Shown here: positions 59,470 through 64,000 of the stretch, piece by piece
Layout of the letters: each line of letters begins with the position of its first letter
Position numbering within the stretch: the first letter of the stretch is position 1
Position numbers and translations under genes: made by a program
Notes under the pieces: generated by a model
The model's database searches: none
Told to the model about the DNA's origin: nothing
The model's input: the letters and a program-made list of their open reading frames with translations, nothing else
Assembly (NCBI GenBank): GCA_019244185.1
Contig: JAFATB010000023.1
Location: forward strand, 224,001-288,000
Length of the DNA: 64,000 nt
From: Acidobacteriota bacterium
GTDB taxonomy: Bacteria > Acidobacteriota > Thermoanaerobaculia > Gp7-AA8
Direction of reading: 5' to 3'

Positions 59470-60788
59470 GCACGAACAACTCTGGTGTCCGGTAGCTGAT
59501 CCGCCGGCACCACGTTCCGCGTATCGACGACGAGCTTCGCGCCGCGATACAGCGCCGCGTCCTTGAACTGCGCGTGCGGCGTCGACAGCAAAATCGCGTC
59601 GTACTTTGCGAACTCCTCGGCCGTACACGGCACCGACGTCATCTGAAGGTCGTACTTGCGCACGCGCCGCGCGACCGGGATGAACGGATCGCAATACGCG
59701 ACCTCCGCGCCGCGCTCGCGCAGCAGCTCGATCAGCTCGAACGACGGCGACTCGCGGTCATCGTCGATGTTCGGCTTGTACGAGAGGCCGAGGACCAGGA
59801 TGCGCGCGCCGCGGACGGAGACGCCGCTGTCGTTGATCGCTTCCACCGTGCGGTCAACGACGTAACGCGGCATGAACGTGTTGATCTCGCCGGCGAGCTC
59901 GATGAAGCGCGCCCACGTCCCGTGCTCGGCCGCCTTCCACGTCAGGTAGAACGGATCGAGCGGGATGCAATGGCCGCCGAGGCCGGGGCCGGGGTAGAAG
60001 GGCATGAAGCCGAAGGGTTTCGTGCGCGCGGCTTCGATCACTTCCCAGACGTTGATTCCCATCCGCTCGAGCACGATCTTCATCTCGTTCACGAGCGCGA
60101 TGTTCACGGCGCGGAAGATGTTCTCGAGCAGCTTCGCCGACTCCGCGACTTCGGGCGTAGACACGGGAACGATGTGATCGATCGCGGCGCCGTACAGCGC
60201 GGACGCGAGCTCGAGCGACGGCGCGTCGAGGCCGCCGACGATCTTCGGGATGTTCTTCGTGTTGAACTTCTCGTTGCCCGGATCCTCGCGCTCGGGTGAG
60301 AACGCGAGGAAAAAGTCAGTGCCGCAGCGGAGGCCGCGCGCTTCGAAGCGCGGCAGCAGTTCCTCGCGCGTCGTGCCGGGATACGTCGTCGACTCGAGCA
60401 CGACCAGCTGTCCGGCGCGGAGATGCTGCGCGATCGCGTCGGCGGTGTTGCGGATGTACGAGAGGTCGGGCTCGCGATGGTGGCCGAGCGGCGTGGGGAC
60501 GCAGACGATGATGGCGTCGCATTCGCCGAGGCGTTCGAAGTCCGTTTCGGCGGACGCGCGTCCGCCGACGAACGCGTTCGCGATGCGCTCGGCGGCGATG
60601 TGGCGCAGGTACGACTGGCCGCGTTCGAGCGCTTCTTTCTTGCGCGGATCGATGTCGAAGCCGACGACCGTAAATCCTGCTTCCGCAAAGATGAGCACGA
60701 GTGGCAGGCCGACGTAGCCGAGGCCGATCACGCCGATCGTCGCGCGCCGTTCGCGGATCGAATCGAGAAGCGAGTTCACGTCAGCCAT
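59466..60788 (-). CDS. UDP-N-acetyl-hexosamine 6-dehydrogenase (WbpA/WecC family)
   Basis: GLGYVGLP, ESTTYPGTT, SPER, KLLEN, GGHCIP, RESP. Confidence 0.92.
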   Translation of the reverse strand: MADVNSLLDSIRERRATIGVIGLGYVGLPLVLIFAEAGFTVVGFDIDPRKKEALERGQSYLRHIAAERIANAFVGGRASAETDFERLGECDAIIVCVPTPLGHHREPDLSYIRNTADAIAQHLRAGQLVVLESTTYPGTTREELLPRFEARGLRCGTDFFLAFSPEREDPGNEKFNTKNIPKIVGGLDAPSLELASALYGAAIDHIVPVSTPEVAESAKLLENIFRAVNIALVNEMKIVLERMGINVWEVIEAARTKPFGFMPFYPGPGLGGHCIPLDPFYLTWKAAEHGTWARFIELAGEINTFMPRYVVDRTVEAINDSGVSVRGARILVLGLSYKPNIDDDRESPSFELIELLRERGAEVAYCDPFIPVARRVRKYDLQMTSVPCTAEEFAKYDAILLSTPHAQFKDAALYRGAKLVVDTRNVVPADQLPDTRVVRA

Positions 60789-61957
60789 CAGCGAACGAGC
60801 GACTCTCCGGTGCGCGCGGTCCACGCGCGCGTGCCCTGCCCGCGCATGAGCTGCAGCAGGCCGACGAACGCGGCGGCGTTGACGAAGCAGAAGTAGTACG
60901 GCACGGAGAAGATCCGCCAGTAGCCGGCTTTCTTCTCGCGCAGCGCGGCGCCGGCGAGCGCGAGCAGATACACGGCGAGCTGTCCGGCGAAGAGCACGCG
61001 ATAGAAGTTTGAGCGCGTCGCGAGGACGGCGCTGGCGAAGAACATCGGGATGAGAAAGTACGGAATCATGTGCCGCACGACTTTGTGCGACAGCACTTCG
61101 AGCGAGTAGAAGCCGGACGTGAAGAGGCGCCGGCCGTGTCCGAGCATCGCGCGCGTGCAGCGGTTGGCGATGCGCACTTTGCGGCGGAACTCCTGCTTCG
61201 CGTGGATGGTGCCGTTCTCCCACGCCGTCGCCTTCGGCTCGAAGACGAGGCGATAGCCCTGCAGCGGGATGTGCGTGGAGATGGTCATGTCGTCGCCGCG
61301 CGAGGGATCGGTAAGCGGGACGAAGAGCTCCTTGCGGATCGCGTAGAGCAGGCCGTCGGCGGCGTAGACGCTGCCGATACGGCTCTCCAGGATTTTTTGC
61401 AACTTATCCCAGCGCACGTAGAGGCCTTCGCCGTCGCCGGTCGCATCGCCTTTGCGCGTGATGCCCGGTTTGCGCGCACCGGATACGCCGCCCACCTCGG
61501 GATCGGCGAACTTGCGCGCCATGAGGCGCAGCGTGTGCGGGTCGAGGAAAAAGTCGGCGTCGCTGAAGACGAGGATCTCGCCAGTCGCGTTGCGGGCGCC
61601 TTCGTTCACCGCTTCCATCTTGCCTGGCCGCTCGAGCGCGATGAGGCGGACGCGCGGATCGCGCGCCGAGAACTCGCGCACGATGTCGTTCGTGCGGTCG
61701 GTGCAGCCGTTCGAGACGACGAGCACTTCGACCTGCTCGGCCGGATAGTCGAGCGACAGCGCGTTCTCGATCTTCGCGCCGATGACCTCCTGCTCGTTGA
61801 ACGCGGCGATGATGAACGTCGCCTTCGGCGTCACGTCGCCTTCGCGCACGGGACGCGTTTTGAAGCGGCTGATGAGCCAGAGCAGCGACGGGTAGCCGAA
61901 GTAGATGTAGGTCACGACGGCGAAGCAGAGCCAGAAGACGACGGCGGCGACGATCAC
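60788..61957 (-). CDS. GT2 glycosyltransferase (membrane)
   Basis: IAAFNE, LDYP, GK, FSDAD, GDD, EFRRKVRI. Confidence 0.9.
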   Translation of the reverse strand: MIVAAVVFWLCFAVVTYIYFGYPSLLWLISRFKTRPVREGDVTPKATFIIAAFNEQEVIGAKIENALSLDYPAEQVEVLVVSNGCTDRTNDIVREFSARDPRVRLIALERPGKMEAVNEGARNATGEILVFSDADFFLDPHTLRLMARKFADPEVGGVSGARKPGITRKGDATGDGEGLYVRWDKLQKILESRIGSVYAADGLLYAIRKELFVPLTDPSRGDDMTISTHIPLQGYRLVFEPKATAWENGTIHAKQEFRRKVRIANRCTRAMLGHGRRLFTSGFYSLEVLSHKVVRHMIPYFLIPMFFASAVLATRSNFYRVLFAGQLAVYLLALAGAALREKKAGYWRIFSVPYYFCFVNAAAFVGLLQLMRGQGTRAWTARTGESLVR

Positions 61958-63225
61958 GACGCCTCCTGCGTGGCGGCCTCTTGGTCGAGGCGCGCGACGA
62001 GCTGCGCGACGATGTCGTGGATGTCGAACTCGCGGCGGATGCGCTCGCGTCCGCGCTCGCCCATCTGCCTCGCGCGTTCCGGGTCTTCGATCAGCTTGCG
62101 CATCGCGTCGGCGAGTGCGCGCGCGCTTTCGGGCGGCACGAGGAAGCCGGTCTTGCCTTCTTCGATGAGCTCGGGGATGCCGGCGATGGTGGTGCTGATG
62201 ACGGGGCGTCCGCCGGCCATCGCTTCGATGAGCGCGTTCGGCATCCCTTCCATCATCCCGTCTTTCTGAATGATGCTCGGAAGCACGAAGAGATCGGATT
62301 CTTTCGTCAGCCGCGCGACTTCCGCTTCCGGGCGCGCGCCGAGGAGCTGCACGACGTCGCCGAGGTTGCGGTCGCGGATCATCTGCTCGAGCTCGACGCG
62401 CATGGGGCCGGTGCCGACGAGGTTGCAGACGAACTGCACGCCTTCGTCGCGGAGCATGCGGCAGGCCTCGATCAGATACGGCAGCCCTTTGTACGGACGG
62501 TGCGAGGCGACGCACAACACGGTCGGCACTTTGTTCGGCATGCGCAGCGTGTTGTCGACGTAGAGGTCGGGCTCGACGCCGTAGTGGATGACGATCATCT
62601 TGCCGCGCGTCTCGTGCGGATAGAGCTTCTCGAGCAGCTTGCGATTGAACTCGGTGCATGTGCGGACGAAGCGCGCCTCGTCGATCTTCCAGTCGAGGAG
62701 ATTGCGGAAGACCTGGATGTCGTGCGCGTGCACGGTGATGCTGTAGGTGATGTTCGAGAACTTCGAGACGATCAGCGCGAGCGTCGCGGGATGCGAGGCC
62801 CAGTGCACGTGCAGGTGGCGGATGCCTTCGCGCTCGAGCTCGCGGGCGAGGTAGATCGACTTCGGGAAGAGCGCGAGCGTGGCCGCGAGCACGACCGGGC
62901 GATCGATGGTGCCGAGGATGAGGCGCGCGAGCAGGCCGAAGTAGCGCAGCGGATGCCGCGCGAGCGCGGCGAGATTCGCGGCAAGAATCGACGGCGAGAG
63001 GAACTTCGTGTACAGAGCGCGTGCGGTCCACGGCTTCGCGGCGTCGTGGAGCACCGGAGGCGACTCCTTGATCATCGGCACGAGCCGCACCGGTTGTCCC
63101 TGCGCTTCCATCTCCACGAATTCGCGGAGGATGAAGGTCTCAGTGACGGTCGGGAAGCGCGAGAGGACGACTGCGATCGGGCGGCGTTGCGGTCTGGATT
63201 CGCTCAACGGTTGGGCGGCGGACAT
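61954..63225 (-). CDS. GT4 glycosyltransferase (WcaL-like)
   Basis: FPTVTETFI, HLHVHW, HAHDI, EGMPNALIEAMA, GIPEL. Confidence 0.92.
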   Translation of the reverse strand: MSAAQPLSESRPQRRPIAVVLSRFPTVTETFILREFVEMEAQGQPVRLVPMIKESPPVLHDAAKPWTARALYTKFLSPSILAANLAALARHPLRYFGLLARLILGTIDRPVVLAATLALFPKSIYLARELEREGIRHLHVHWASHPATLALIVSKFSNITYSITVHAHDIQVFRNLLDWKIDEARFVRTCTEFNRKLLEKLYPHETRGKMIVIHYGVEPDLYVDNTLRMPNKVPTVLCVASHRPYKGLPYLIEACRMLRDEGVQFVCNLVGTGPMRVELEQMIRDRNLGDVVQLLGARPEAEVARLTKESDLFVLPSIIQKDGMMEGMPNALIEAMAGGRPVISTTIAGIPELIEEGKTGFLVPPESARALADAMRKLIEDPERARQMGERGRERIRREFDIHDIVAQLVARLDQEAATQEAS

Positions 63226-64000
63226 GGTCGTTCGGTTGACGCCCTGAGCAAGTTTGCTGCCGGTCCTCCATCCACGCCTGCAGCATGAGCACGGCCCACA
63301 GATGATCCTGCCAGCGTCCGCGTCCCGCGAGCTGCTCAGCCCACGCGTGGCGGATCGGCGCCGGATCGACGAGCCCGTAGTCGCGCAGGCGCCGCTCGCT
63401 CAGCAGCTCTTCCGCCCAGTCGCGCAGCGGACCGCTGAGCCACGCGTCGATCGGGACCTTGAAGCCCATCTTCGGGCGGTCGATGAGCGACTGCGGCACG
63501 TAGCGGTCGAGGATGCGGCGCAGGATCACCTTGCCCTGGCCGCCGCGGACTTTCATCGACAGCGGCAGCGACCACGCGAGCTCGACCACGCGATGATCGA
63601 GCAGCGGCTCGCGCGCCTCGAGGCTCGCGGCCATGCTGGCGCGGTCGACCTTCGCGAGGATGTCATCGGGCAGATAGGTGATCTGGTCGAGGTACATCAT
63701 CAGCTGCACGGAATCGAGGCGCGGCCACGCGGCGCGATCGGGCGGTGGGACCGCGACGCCGGGCACGACGTCGTTCCAGTGCGCCATGACTTCGAAGTAA
63801 AGCTCGCTCAGCTCGCGCGCGCTGAGTACGCGGCCGAGCTTGTGGAGCTGCGCGCCGGCCTGCGGCTCGCGGAAACGGCGCGGCAGCAGCGGACGCGCGG
63901 CGCGGAAGAGGCGATCCCACGACGACGGCGCGATGCGCGTGAGTCCGTGGCCGAGCGCGCGGCGCAGCGGCGGCGGCACGGGACGGAACGCGCGCAGCAG
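63140..64000 (-). CDS. asnB: Asparagine synthase (glutamine-hydrolysing) family amidotransferase, C-terminal part
   Basis: YLPDDILAKVDRASMAASLEAREPLLDH, RPKMGF; 5' end lies outside the window. Confidence 0.9.
   Translation of the reverse strand: MLRAFRPVPPPLRRALGHGLTRIAPSSWDRLFRAARPLLPRRFREPQAGAQLHKLGRVLSARELSELYFEVMAHWNDVVPGVAVPPPDRAAWPRLDSVQLMMYLDQITYLPDDILAKVDRASMAASLEAREPLLDHRVVELAWSLPLSMKVRGGQGKVILRRILDRYVPQSLIDRPKMGFKVPIDAWLSGPLRDWAEELLSERRLRDYGLVDPAPIRHAWAEQLAGRGRWQDHLWAVLMLQAWMEDRQQTCSGRQPNDHVRRPTVERIQTATPPDRSRPLALPDRH

Noticed and set aside
63140-63225. 86-nt overlap of the asnB tail with the GT4 gene
   Set aside because: Most simply a non-conserved read-through tail; no sign of function.

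Overview
High-GC bacterial genomic window with about 55 genes. Gene content suggests Acidobacteriota (inference only: Oar-type TonB receptor, Sec-secreted RHS, MglA, AmrS). From left to right: partial lat and a thiolase; a ~10.6-kb accessory island in which a LytS-type kinase and a LytTR regulator bracket a secreted PKD protein, a signal-peptide RHS toxin and an immunity lipoprotein; HAD, tandem PilZ and hicB with a decayed hicA; a LacI-controlled beta-glucan utilisation locus (ABC transporter, GH144-like enzyme, TonB receptor, GH1, discoidin/GH) with two identical operators; a ~140-180-nt palindrome; a coupled 61-aa peptide plus 8-Cys protein pair; queG to ileS housekeeping genes; mltD; an MglA GTPase with a long tail; a TPR / GAF-sigma54 activator / small peptide / RsbW / RsbV / RsbU module with a visible -24/-12 promoter and candidate UAS; transport, lipid and radical-SAM genes; a promoter-driven candidate sRNA; dppBC and tldDE; two tandem MNT-HEPN toxin-antitoxin modules; and the end of a polysaccharide cluster. 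Best candidates for undescribed biology: the sigma54-partner-switching module with paralogous GAF domains, the peptide/Cys-rich pair, the 50368-50441 sRNA, and the TCS-bracketed PKD-RHS island. All family assignments are motif recognition by eye, not database hits. No rRNA, tRNA, CRISPR array or transposase was seen.
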